In this document: positions 1 through 13,725 of the stretch, piece by piece
Numbering within the stretch: position 1 is the stretch's first letter
How the letters are laid out: each line of letters begins with the position of its first letter
Assembly: GCF_006345805.1 (NCBI RefSeq)
Contig: NC_043002.1
Location: 104,346,001-104,410,000, forward strand
Direction of reading: 5' to 3'
Length of the DNA stretch: 64,000 nt
From: Octopus sinensis
Lineage: Eukaryota
The notes under the pieces: generated by a model
Told to the model about the DNA's origin: nothing
What the model saw: the letters and a program-made list of their open reading frames with translations, nothing else
Databases searched by the model: none
Position numbers and translations under genes: made by a program

Positions 1-141
1 AGTCAACATGTTATAAAATACAGCTACAAATGAATGTGCTGAGTGCTTATTTCCTTTCATTTCTTCATATATACGACAAGTATACGCGTATAAACGTTGT
101 GTATACATTGAGGTTGATACATAGATAGCCATTTTAATATA

Positions 142-800
<659 letters not shown>

Positions 801-1660
801 GCGCATACATAATAATATTCAATTGTCTATCGTGCAGAATATGCAGTTTTAAATTATAATTTCAATTACTCTGCAAATCCCCCAAACAAAGGAATTGGCA
901 CCAGACCCTGTGTTATTGTAGGAAGAGTATAAAGTTAATTAGTGCCGAATCCCCCATGTTGGTACGCATCATATGCAGCCCCAGCTAAATCACGAAACAT
1001 ATCGCTCTTCCACCCACCTCCTACTCTCTAATCAGTCTTTATATTTCTCGTCGTTGTTGCTATAAAGCTTGTCACATATTCATTGATTCTTTGCTTGTTA
1101 TGAATGATATATTTTATATATTTCAATGTTATATTTCTTTGCGCATTACGCACGTTTGTCTCTCTGTTTTAGTAAGTTTTGTTGTTGTTGTTGGTTGTGT
1201 GTGTGTATTACAGACACACACACATACACACACGCACGCATGTATAATACATGTACATATTTATTTATGCTGTGAGTCGCTGCTATCAGGTTGGAGATCT
1301 TGTTTTCTAATGCAAGTGGGATATGCCAGGTCGAAATCTCGGCGCTGACAAATGAACGACTCGCACACTCTCACAAACATAACAATATATACATGGATTC
1401 ATCCATACATACACGCATATATGCGTGTGTATGCACGCGTGTGTGTCTGTCTGTGTGTAAGTATGTACGTATATATGTATGCATACACATATAAACGTGC
1501 ATTATCAGATTGTCAGCCATGCAATCTGACACAGGCAAAGTATGGTATATGTGTATGTGTTCTAAAGAGGAAGAGTGACAGTGAGAGATAGAGAAAGAGA
1601 AACAAAGAACGAGAGAAAGAAATAATTTTGATAAACAGTAAGGAAACTCGTATTTGTGCA

Positions 1661-1713
<53 letters not shown>

Positions 1714-2236
1714 TGGAGAGAGAGAGTTTGGGAGAAGCTCTTTACTCACCTCTATGAATATGTGCTCGTGTTTGTATGAGTTGCCTGTATATGTAAAATG
1801 GAGTAAATATTTAAATGTGTCATTTCCGTAATCTCACGTAACTGCAAATATATTTGATTTCATAATAAATCTAAAGATTCCATGAGAGCTGAAGTAATTA
1901 TACAATTGGATTGCTTAGTTAATTAGAATCCATTACTAAAAATCTGTTCGTGTGTTGCTATTATTGAAAGGAAATGCAAATATAAAAGGGCAAGTCATAT
2001 AGTGCAGGGCTTCTATGCATCATAGAATAGAAATATGCCTGTTCACAAGATTATACTAAGCACAGCAACAGAGAAGCAAGAGATTTATGGAAAATAAAGG
2101 GATTGTAACATGCTATATTCTAATATATGAATATCTTTACATAGGAGCATTGAACATTCACACACTAACAAACACACACATACACACACACATAGTATTT
2201 ATAAATATGCATATTAATGTTTAGTATCAGTTATTA

Positions 2237-2797
2237 TTGGGTTGTCCGGAAAGTTCGTGCCGATATTAATAGGAAATGAAAAGGTCAATAGATACTTGCC
2301 ATTACATTTTTAATCAACCAAATATGAACCATTTTGTTGCACAATGCGTCTCCATTTTTCCTTCAACTTGAAAATACCCTCTTCCCAGAATTGAGGTGGT
2401 TTCATGGCAAAGAATTCATCAAGGTATCTTTTTACATCATCGAAGGAATTAAAATGTTTACCATTAAGACTATTCTGCAGTGACCTGAATAAGTGGAAAT
2501 CCAAAGGAGCAATATCTGGTGAATATGGAGGGTGGAGTAACACATCCCAGCCGAGCTGCAGCAATTTTTGTCTGGTTCCCAAAGCATCAAGCGCCGAAAA
2601 TCAACTTTCTTATCTTCCATTTTAAAGGGTTACAGAATTAACAGAGGTTATAAGAACATAAACCTTCTTCCGCGAAAAGATAGCTTAAACTGTGCTCTAA
2701 ATAAAGGTGTAGTCAAATTCTATTTTATGGACTCAAGCATTTTCTAAGTCGAAAGGTAAGCTACTATAAATCGGCACGAACATTCCGGACAACACAA
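2237..2797 (-). mobile_element. Internally deleted mariner (Tc1/mariner) DNA transposon, 561 bp
   Basis: TIR TTGGGTTGTCCGGAAAGTTCGTGCCGAT at 2237 matches ATCGGCACGAACATTCCGGACAACACAA ending 2797 with 2 mismatches; TA on both sides. The minus ORF 2310-2582 has the mariner motif HPPYSPDIAPLDFHLFRSLQNSL. Confidence 0.93.
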
Positions 2798-2870
2798 TAT
2801 TAAGAAGAATTAGTTTAATCTAATGGGTTCAAGTAATTTCGTAGAATACAAATTTATTATTTCTGCACAA

Positions 2871-2937
2871 GAATATTATTGATAGGCCGACGATGGCTCT
2901 GCTAGCCGAAACTTCAAAGTCACTATCAATGATGTTC
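2871..2937 (+). ncRNA. Type I hammerhead ribozyme-like motif (family A) with long stem I
   Basis: Stem I GAATATTATTGATAG/CTATCAATGATGTTC (15 bp, 2 G-U); core CCGACGA (U4->C); extra T; stem II GGCT/AGCC; GAAA; stem III ACT/AGT with loop TCAA; GTC triplet at 2919-2921. Confidence 0.72.
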
Positions 2938-3356
2938 TCGATTATAAATATTAAATATAAACATGTGAGTATATATAATATATACAGACCGGCCCGTATA
3001 CATAATTATATAAATGTCAGCGTGAGTATGAGAGAGAGAGGGAGAGGGAGAGAAAGAGTGAGTGAGAGAGTATTTGCGTGAGCGTGTGTGCATGTGTGTA
3101 TGTGTTTGTGCGATTATATAAACCTAATTCATTTAGTGTTAAAACTTTTCCTCCATGTTAATAGAGGTGGTCGATCGAAACGTTTCTTCCTTCGGTGACT
3201 CTAGCTCCATTGTAGACATCTTTGCTTTTTGTGGCATTGCTTTATATTTCTACACTTTCAACAAGTTGCTACTTTGTCTGATTTACGCCCACGTGCTTCT
3301 GGTTTTCCTTTGTTTCATTTTCTACTTGTCAAACCTGCTCGGGTTAATCTTTAGAT

Positions 3357-3461
3357 GATAATAATAGTAATAATAATAATAATAATAATTATAATAATAA
3401 TGATAATAATAATAATAATTATAAAAATAATAATAATAATAATAATAATAATAATTATAAA

Positions 3462-3523
<62 letters not shown>

Positions 3524-3525
3524 TG

Positions 3526-3589
<64 letters not shown>

Positions 3590-3605
3590 AGATAATAATA
3601 ATAAT
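3357..3605. repeat. (AAT)n microsatellite
   Basis: About 80 AAT units with few interruptions. Confidence 0.95.
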
Positions 3606-4045
3606 TCACCGTTTCACTTGTTTCTGCTCTCTCGTCGTTACGATCTCCCATTCTTTACATTGTTTAAAATATGGCATATTCATAGATTAATCGACATAGG
3701 CGTAGGAAGACATTAAATTGGTAGGAGCAGCATGTTGGGTTAGCAATTATGCTTTTGTATAAAATGTCCCTTTCACAAGCTGTTTTCAATCGAATATGCA
3801 GTTACGTTTTCTCATTATTGATCCTACGGTTTGAATGAAACGCATATACCCTTAAATTTGTGCATATTCATTAACATAATCTATGAATTCAAGGTTTCTT
3901 TAAATATTTTTCTGCATTCGGTTAACCATGGAATATTGAACCAGATTATATTTATCGCTTCCCAAAAGAACAAAAAGTGAATTCATCTCATCGTAACGGT
4001 CATAATTCGTAATAAACTAAATATTACCTATATATATATTACCTA

Positions 4046-4140
<95 letters not shown>

Positions 4141-4162
4141 TTATATATATATATATATATAT

Positions 4163-4227
<65 letters not shown>

Positions 4228-4229
<2 letters not shown>

Positions 4230-4397
4230 CGCAGGAGTGGCTGTGTGGTAAGTAGCTTGCTAACCAACCACATGGTTCCGGGTTCAGTCCCACTGCGTGG
4301 CATCTGGGCAAGTGTCTTCTGCTATAGCCCCGGGCCGACCAATGCCTTATGCGTGGATTTGGTAGACGGAAACTGAAAGAAGCCTGTCGTATATATG

Positions 4398-4430
<33 letters not shown>

Positions 4431-4657
4431 ATGTGTGTGTGTTTGTGTATGTTTGTTTGTCCCCCTAGCATTGCTTGACAACCGATGCTGATGTGTTTAC
4501 GTCCCCGTCACTTAGCGGTTCGGCAAAAGTGACCGATAGAATAAGTACTGGGCTTACAAAGAATAAGTCCCGGGGTCGATTTGCTCGACTAAAGGCGGTG
4601 CTCCAGCATGGCCGCAGTCAAATGACTGAAACAAGTAAAAGAGTAAAAGAGTAAAGA

Positions 4658-4658
<1 letters not shown>
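4228..4658 (+). mobile_element. tRNA-headed SINE, family 1, full-length copy
   Basis: Head GGCGCAGGAGTGGCTGTGTGGTAAG...GGTTCAGTCCC (A/B-box-like), internal (TA)n(TG)n, tail ending GAAACAAGTAAAAGAG. Homologous copies at 6497, 13726, 22435 and elsewhere. Confidence 0.88.
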
Positions 4659-4698
<40 letters not shown>

Positions 4699-4891
4699 TA
4701 TATATATATATATAAATAATAAATATTAGGGAATAAATCCAAATTTACAGGGAAAAATCAGATTTAGGATTAAATCCAATTTTATAGTAAAATATTATAA
4801 AATATTATTAGAGACAAAACCACTATTTTGCAAAACAAACAAGGAAAGACTTAATCAATACATAAAATTTTAATAAATAGTCAAAAAACCG

Positions 4892-4934
4892 CCACTACAA
4901 TTGTTTCTTGTCTTGATCGACAATCTTCAGGTGG
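4892..4934 (-). ncRNA. Minimal type I hammerhead ribozyme motif (family B), inverted partner
   Basis: Reverse complement reads CCAC CTGAAGA TTGTCG ATCA AGACAA GAAAC AATT GTA GTGG; one mismatch in stem II. Confidence 0.72.
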
Positions 4935-4970
4935 ACTTCCAATAAATTATGAAACTGACTTATTGGAAGT

Positions 4971-5013
4971 CCACCTGAAGATTGTCGATCACGACAAGAA
5001 ACAATTGTAGTGG
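4971..5013 (+). ncRNA. Minimal type I hammerhead ribozyme motif (family B)
   Basis: CCAC-CTGAAGA-TTGTCG(ATCA)CGACAA-GAAAC-AATT-GTA-GTGG: intact core, 6-bp stem II, self-complementary stem III ACAATTGT, GUA triplet, 4-bp stem I. Confidence 0.8.
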
Positions 5014-5130
5014 CGATTTTTTTGACTATTTATTAAAATTTTATGTATTGATTAAGTCTTTCCTTGTTTGTTTTGCAAAATAGTGGTTTTGTCTCTAATA
5101 ATATTTTATATATATATATATATATATGTT

Positions 5131-5790
5131 TAAGGTCATCTCATAAATAATGCGGATTTTAATACTGTTATTTTTCAAAATTAAGATAAGCAAAGTTCTT
5201 TTATTCTGTCAATCATTTTTTTACAATGCTCTTCTATCTATCTGTTAGACGTGCGACGCTCCTCTTCCAAAATTCACTTGTCTGTGACGAAAAATACTCC
5301 TGCAGTAGTTCCTGACCTCATCTATAGAATTCATACTTTTTCCGTCCAAATGATTTTGAAGACTGCGGAATAAAGGATAATCAAATGGGGAAATGTCCGG
5401 CGATACGGTGTGGGGTGGGGCATTGTTTCTCATTCAAACTGTTCCAGCCTTACGAATATCATCTTCGCTGTATGTGGGCGGGCATTATCATGAGCGAAGA
5501 ACACCTTTCGTCTTGAAAATACTCGTTTTCCTTCTAGCGCAGCTGTCCATGAATGGTTGAATGGCCAAATCCAATCTTCTGTGCTAGTTCCTCAACGGTT
5601 ACGATGGGGTCTTGTTCCACGATAGCTTGCAGGACGTCCTCGTCAAGCACTACATTTCTTCCAGGAAAAGGCACGATTTCTAGGCTGTGGTTTACGACTC
5701 GGAATTTCTGGAACGACCTTTGACACTAGCGTACGCTTATTGTCCAATCCCCATAGATATGCCTCACCCTTTCGTTGTTGCCATTATTGA
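5131..5790 (-). pseudogene. Decayed, internally deleted mariner transposase
   Basis: Manual translation gives HTH-region text (VLDEDVLQAIVEQDPIVTVEELAQKIGFGHSTIH), HDNARPHTAK and SPDISPFDYPLFRSLQNHL, with stops and frameshifts. Confidence 0.88.
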
Positions 5791-5879
5791 ACGCATAAAG
5801 CAAAATATAAAATAAAAAATATAAATGAAATAAAATAAAAATTGAAAAACTGGTTGGAGAAGATATATATTTATATCTG

Positions 5880-6113
5880 TTTCTTTATTACCACCCACAA
5901 GGGGCTAAACATAGAGGGGACAAACAAGGACAGACAAACGGATTAAGTCATTTACATCGACCCCAGTGCGTTACTGGTACTTAATTTAACGAGCCCGGAA
6001 GGATGAAAGGCAAAGTCGACCTCGGCGGAATTTGAACTTAGAACGTAGCGACGGGCGAAATGCCGCAAAGCACTTCGTCCGGCGTGCTAACGTCTCTGCC
6101 AGCTCGCCGCCTT
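5880..6113 (-). mobile_element. SINE family 3 copy (head AAGGCGGCGAGCTGGCAG...GAGTTCAAATTCC)
   Basis: Homologous to copies at 32801, 35760, 48468, 54021 and 63057; B-box-like GTTCAAAT. Confidence 0.85.
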
Positions 6114-6161
6114 GTTATATATATATGTATATATATATACACACACGCACGCACGCACACG

Positions 6162-6231
<70 letters not shown>

Positions 6232-6496
6232 CAGAGATAGAAAAAATAAATGAAAAGGGAAAAAAAGGCGACACAATATGGTCAGTATAATGGATTATTG
6301 AGAGGGAGTGTAGGAGTGCTTCTTAGGAGTGGTTTTAAACACGCAAATGAGGCAAGCAGAAGATGGTGGAGGAGGTGGAAAGGGAGGTCGTATCACCGTC
6401 GAGAAAAGGTGTTTACCGCTGCGTTCCTCGCTGCCCATCTGTGAAATTCAAGAAGCGTTGATTTCAATCTAACGAAAATTTAGCTTACTGTTTGAA

Positions 6497-6818
6497 GCAA
6501 GTGTCTTCTACTATAGCCTCGGGCCGACCAAAGCCTTGTGAGTGGATTTGGTAGACGGAAACTGAAAGAAGCCCGTCGTATATATGTACATATATGTATG
6601 TGCGTGTATGTTTGTGTGTCTGTATGTGTCCCCCTAGCATTGCTTGACAACCGATGCTGGTGTGTTTATGTCCCCGTCACTTAGCGGTTCGGCAAAAGAG
6701 AACGATAGAATAAGTACTGGGCTTACAAAGAATAAGTCCCGGGGTCGAGTTGCTTGATTAAAGGTGGTGCTCCAGCATGACCGCAGTCAAAATGACTGAA
6801 ACAAGTAAAAAAAAGAGA

Positions 6819-6820
<2 letters not shown>
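6497..6820 (+). mobile_element. SINE family 1, 5'-truncated
   Basis: High similarity to the 3' three-quarters of the 4228-4658 copy. Confidence 0.88.
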
Positions 6821-6891
<71 letters not shown>

Positions 6892-6892
6892 G

Positions 6893-6971
<79 letters not shown>

Positions 6972-6990
6972 CATTATTATTTTTATTATT
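6820..6990. repeat. (AAT)n followed directly by (TTA)n microsatellite
   Basis: Visible polarity switch near 6851. Confidence 0.9.
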
Positions 6991-8217
6991 GAGTAAGAGA
7001 GCAGTTCATGCCATCAAAGTAACAATGGGGTAAAATATACGAAGCCCAGTTTAACCCATAATGATTACCCGTCTGATAAGGGCACAGTAGATACATGCAT
7101 CACAACCATATGAGCTGGATATGGTGATCTCATATCAAGATAAATAGCGCTTGACTTTGCAGGTGGGGCCCAGTTAGAATTTTATTCCGGTCGAGTACCA
7201 CATCCCGCTCAAAAGTTCCCTGAATAAGGGTTGTTTAAGGACGTTGAACGAAACACCAGTGTTTCCAGAGGTAAATTATTCAAACCTCAAAGAATCCCTC
7301 TCAACACACGGCTATGATGCTCCCCCACTACTTCTGCTCATGATCAGAGATGCACATACCGTCAGCCACTAATAGACGTGCTCAACTGGTTACGGTCAAA
7401 CAACTGACAAGCAAATCTGTGGTATTGAGCAGAATATTTGCTGTAGCTCATCTTTTATAACAATTACTATTATTATTATTATTATTATTGTTATTATTAT
7501 TGTTATTATTATTATTGTTGTTGTTGCTTTTGCTGTATTATTCTTACTATTAAGTTTATTCTTAGTTGAGTAGTTGTAGTAGTACATGAGTGTTATAGTA
7601 TTGGTGTTAACCAATAGAATAATCGATGCATATATGTGCGCGATAGTGTGTGTGTATATGTGTTTACGTATGTGTGTATGCTCGCGCTCGCGATGTATAA
7701 ATAAATCTGTGCAGCATCAGAATTAATTTTGCAGCATCAGAATTTATAAATAATTATATATATATTTACACTGATGAAGAAGCTAAAATAGTGAGTCACC
7801 CTCAATGCACAACCAAGTCAGATTAGAATATAATCGCTGTCTTTTAACAGTGTGTTATTAAGACTCTACTCCATACTTAGCGTGTGGTGACATGGTGGCT
7901 TCATAATTAAGTACTTCAAGTAGGACATGCCAATACACTGAACGCTTAATTGCTCACTTTCACGAGTATATTAAGTATTTGACCTAATTGAAGAATCTTA
8001 GCGAACGATTTAGCAGTGTAAATTGCATGTATGTTTGTATTTCATTTTACCTGCATTTCCTCTAATTTATCGACCAAACATGGTTTATATAAACAGACGC
8101 ACGAGTTTCATAAAGCTTTTTACAACCTCTTCAAATGAAATAATCACAGCGTTAAACACTAACGCATACTTGATTAGCAGAAACTTGATCTTGACCAGAG
8201 AGAGAGAGAGAGAGAGA

Positions 8218-8258
<41 letters not shown>

Positions 8259-8762
8259 ATTGAAACTTTAGTGTGATGTTATTGGCGATCGAGGCTAATA
8301 TTTGGGACTGACTTGCAAATTAATATATACATTCATATATATACGTATATATATATATATATATCTATATATATATATATATATACATACACGTATACAT
8401 GTTGCATATATATAGATGATTTATAATATATATTTATACATGATTCATTATTATTATTATTATTCATATATATATTGATAAAAGTACATATGAATATATA
8501 TTCGTATGTATACATATATATGTTCATATTTTTACACATTTACACATATACACATTTATATATATACATATTAATATATAATGGATAAGAATATATATTC
8601 ATATGTATACGCATATGTTCATATTTATACACAATTACGCATACACTCGCACACACAAATATATACACGTACGCATATATATATATATATATATACATAC
8701 ACACATACATACATGGGTGTTAACCAATATAGAACTGTGTATGCATGTACACACGTGTGCGC

Positions 8763-8799
<37 letters not shown>

Positions 8800-9098
8800 G
8801 GGGGGCGTGTGCGTGTGTGTGTGTGTGTGTCTGGGTGTCTGTGTATGTATATATTCATAAGTATATTCAGTCTCTCACAGACACAGACAAAAACACAAAC
8901 ACAAACACACATATATTGCAAATATTATGAACATGCATACTTCTACTCCAAACATATCCGTTTGCTCTGTTTATTTGTGTTCCTATATTGAACATAATCA
9001 ATAACCTATATAATCCACGAGAAAGCGAAATAATCAGGTTTATTTCAAATTTGTGCATGTTGAGATTACCCCTTAGAACAACAACGACAACAACACTA

Positions 9099-9345
<247 letters not shown>

Positions 9346-11167
9346 AATGCGAAATTTCCTAAGTGTTGTATTTATTAAATTTTTAGCAGGCAGCTTAATA
9401 GAAAATCCATTAAGCGAATTGCGGACTGTTTTGGAATACAGCAAGGGAAAATTGTCTCCCACTCCTCTGATTTTAAAAACCAATCCTTTGTCCTATATTT
9501 CCAACATTATGATCAATGACCTAATTCACAAAACATGTTCCTTTATTGAGAATAATTTTCATAAATTTCTCCTTTATTATCCTAATGTTCTTCAAGGTTG
9601 TTATTCTATGTTTATATTGTTATGGTGCTATGAAGACATTGATTATGTTGTTTTTCTCAGGCATTTTCATAGAATAGAATTAGCAAAAATATTGCAATAT
9701 GGCAATGTGTATATATATTGCTGCGAATTATAAAGTGCTCAATATAATGTATGAGACAGTACATGGTGCGGAACATAAAGTCACTTGTTGGTCGTTGATT
9801 AAACCTAGGTCGATTTTAATAGAGCACACATAGGATCAAAGACGCTTCAACCATAAATATCTCATTGATTTTGTACTTCTCACATATACAAAATCCTGTG
9901 GTAAATTTTAAAATGTGTTCCTCATAAATTTAAGCAACACAACCTTATTTCATGAAGATTTATTTATTTCATGAAGATTATATTTGTATCTAGTCGTACA
10001 TATAGAAATTTAACTGGGAATAAAAGCTTTGGTATTTTTCAGAATTTTGAGAAATTAGAAGCGGCCAGGTTCAGCGGAGTCGTACTTGGCAAACAAAATA
10101 GGAGATTTTGATATTTTCCATTTGTCTTGAAAAGCTATTTCTGCGCATGATTCCCTCGACAGGTATTATAATTCACTTACCTATAACAATTTTATAATAC
10201 AATTCTATTCAAACATACTACAAAGAAGGAAATACGAACTGGTTCCTTTGTCTGTCTAGCAATATCATTATAGAAAGCCTGACAAAGCGATTCCTTGTTT
10301 TAATGCATGAATAATTCTAGAGAGACAACCAACATTATCATTTATGCAACAGGTATCACATAAAATCTGATGTTTCTACAACGATTAAGATACAGGCGAT
10401 TGTTGCAGGAACTAGAGTATTCTTAAAACGACTGCTTATTGGAATCTCCGTAAAGATAACGCTAATTTCGAAAACTCGTACTGTTTTGATCTGCAGTGCG
10501 TACAGACCTCTAGAACAGAAGAGGGGAAAAAGATAAGATAGGTAATTGTTTTATATGAATTGAATAGGTTCTTCACTGCAGGACTCCCCTGCACGCCTGT
10601 GAAAATTTTTACAGAGTGACGTCCCTTTCAAGGGAAATGTTGATTTCTCGTCCACTTATACACCATACACACCTGAAGAGCATTCTCATGTATCCGAGAT
10701 CTTGAGACAGTAAAACTCAGGGGTTAATGGTGATGATTCGCAAAGTAAATGCAACACAGATGTGTGTATACTTAGCTTAAAATTATGAAACTTACTCATC
10801 CAACATTAGGGTATATATATATATATAATAGACAACAACCCTGCCCTATTTGCATTCAATAATGGCTGATGGCCTACATCACAGCATAGAATTAATACTT
10901 ACTTAATGAACTTGCTTAATGAACTTATCACCACTCCCAGATATATTAAATGTTTGTCTTGTTCTTTTGGGGAGGTATTTGTAATCGCGTTTTTGGAAGG
11001 AAGGTGACAGTAATAATAGCATAATGACGTACGACCAACCTCCATCTTAACTTTGGCCTCAGCGGCTGTGAGCGATATCCACTGACATTCACTACACTGA
11101 AATTTATCTGGTTCCACCAGAAATCTATGACACGCAAGAAATATCACGCACGCTGCACATCTATTTA

Positions 11168-11198
<31 letters not shown>

Positions 11199-12544
11199 AC
11201 ACAGACACACACATACCTGAACGCATATGCATATGTGTGTATATATATAGATATAATGGTGTACTTGTGTGTGTGTGTGTGAGTGTGTGTGTGTGAGCGT
11301 GTGTATACGTGTGTATACGTGTGTATGTGAGTATGTGTACATATATATATGCATTTGTTCGTGCGTGTTTGTTGTATGTAAATGTATTTGTCCCCTAGTG
11401 GGTGCGTTGGGGTATAAGACTATAATATGTACTGAACGGAAAAGTACAGCGAATTGCTGTACAGTGGATTTGTGTGAGTTCAGTGCAGTGCAACCTGTTC
11501 ATGGGAACAGAATTGTAGAGGACGTATGATGCGCCACCCCATAATAGCTGATAGAGCTCAGTGCAATATTGTATTAAATTGCGTATTTGTAGCAGTGTGT
11601 TGTTGGATCAAATAAGTATATGAAATTAAGGTAGTTGGTTGCTCCAGTGGTAATGGAATTGACATTTGGCAAGAAACCATCCAATATATAAAATGTAATT
11701 ATTTGGACGCCTTCACATTATTTGTTAATAAAACAAGTGTCATCCAAATGGATTTTAAAACTGATTTTTATATGCTCTTATTTATAACTTTATCTGACTC
11801 GAGTTATACGAATTATTCTCTGATATATAGCATTTTGCAGCGTTTTCAATTTTGGTAAACATAGAAAATTTTCGGGTTCTTTCAATAAACTTCGTCACCA
11901 ATCCCTAAGAAGCAATGAGTGAGACGATCTCGTGCGATAATCAGTTGAGCAAATCCAAATTTGCAATGTGCAGGATATGAACCCGAGTAATTTGTAACAT
12001 ACAAATTTATAAAATAGACTTCTGAGTGAAAATATAAACATGATCCATTGTTATGTATATTAGTTTGACTTTGTATATTTAGCGTAACCCTTTATGAACT
12101 CCAATCTAAACAAAATATGACTGAGTGGTTATGCAGGAGGCACATGACAATATATCGACTTAGCGAACATCTTGTTTAGTTTTAGGAAGCCAATGTATAA
12201 TCTAACACTTTGTGATTAATATCAGGAGATCTGTTGTTCCAATTCGCTAAGCATATTTAGCACTGATTCCGATAGGCCTATAAGGAAAGAAATTCTGGCA
12301 ATGATTCTCTCAACACTTAAAGAAAAAAAAACATTAGGGTTTCATTTGACAATGTTTTATGGCAGTAGAGAGCTGTTTGATTGGATCGGCTGCTATTTCA
12401 AGCAAGCTGAGAAATATTATAATACCCTTTTTCCGTTTTTGCTCTTGTTCAGAAACAAATCCGTTCCATTTCACATTGTATAATAATAAGATTATTATAT
12501 ATTTGATTGAAATTTATAATGTAAACACATTATTTATAATTTTA

Positions 12545-13400
12545 GAAGGAAGGTGCCAGTAATAACATAATGTCGTGCGACCAACATCCATCTTAATTTA
12601 TAATGTATATAATGTATAATCAACAATCGATCACTGATGAATCGAAAATAGAAACGGAAAGCAGTCAGCGAGACACATTTTTCTGGTCACCCAGGCCAAA
12701 TATGACCACTGAGTATAATGTTCAGAATTATAGGTCATTATGTTTACAAAACTACGCTATTTATGTATATATTCTAATGCTTAACGTCCTCACTGTGCGT
12801 AGAAGAAGATCAATAATTTGTCTTTCTCTACAGTCAATTCTACCGTTTGCGGCAACATTTCTCATAATGGTGTCTCTTTCTCTGCCGTTGGCACAACTGA
12901 CGAGGTTCCGGGACATTCCGGTGTCACCGACTGGCGGCAATGTCCCGATTTTCTTCCTCTGCCACATTTTTTCTTCTCAAATGGGGGATGGTGCGTCTCC
13001 TCCGTGACAGGGAGATTCATCTCCCCTCCCTCATGCATAGGATCCTTCGGTGAGCAGCCATTATTGCTCACCTTCTTTCTCTTGCGACACTTCTTTGAGG
13101 AGTCCTTCGCCTCCTCGGTCGCCTTCGTTTCTTCTTCTACAGAAATCTCCATCAACTGCTCCATTAAGAGCCCCAGGGGTGTCAAACAGCAAACACACAG
13201 TTGCATATTTGACACCCCTTGCAATAAACTTAATAGTTGGCAGATATTCTGCCAACTCCTTTTCAATATCCGCCTAAGAGAAGACAGTGATGGTGTCAAA
13301 TATGTCCTCAAAACCACCGTTCTCTCATTAAGGTTTTTCCCACTGCATGTATTCCTTACTAACGATCAGTCATTTTGCAATTTGTATTCCCATCGCATGT
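12545..13400 (-). pseudogene. Possible decayed non-LTR retrotransposon ORF1 (gag-like) fragment
   Basis: GC-richer than flanks. Frameshifted reading ERTVVLRTY...FEDIFDTITVFS*ADIEKELAEYLPTIKFIARGVKYATVCLLFD, then a K/E-rich low-complexity stretch and a KMDVGRTTLCYYWHLP knuckle-like remnant. Family resemblance is from memory only. Confidence 0.4.
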
Positions 13401-13586
13401 CTTTATTTGCGCATGCGTATACCCCTATGTATGTCTATGTTTAGTAAGTGTGTGTGTGTGTGCAAAACGAATATATAAATGTATATATATATATATACAT
13501 AGAGAGAGAGAGAGAGAAAATATATGTATATATGTATATATATAATTGTTCATTTTAAACTGATAAAAGGTGTTTTTTTTCTAATT

Positions 13587-13655
<69 letters not shown>

Positions 13656-13725
13656 ATATTGTGCGAAATTTGATTTAGTATTTCTAAATTGAATTTTTTC
13701 CCTGTAAGCTAGGATTAAAATTCCC

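Larger units (their letters stand above)
4796..5110. mobile_element. Fold-back (palindromic) element: ~150-bp inverted arms, 14-nt loop, one hammerhead per arm
   Basis: 4796-4945 is the reverse complement of 4960-5110 with about 3 differences; loop ATTATGAAACTGAC; embedded between (TA)n tracts. Confidence 0.9.

Noticed and set aside
3160-3190. GGTCGATCGAAACGTTTC resembling a hammerhead 3' half
   Set aside because: No core or stem I upstream.
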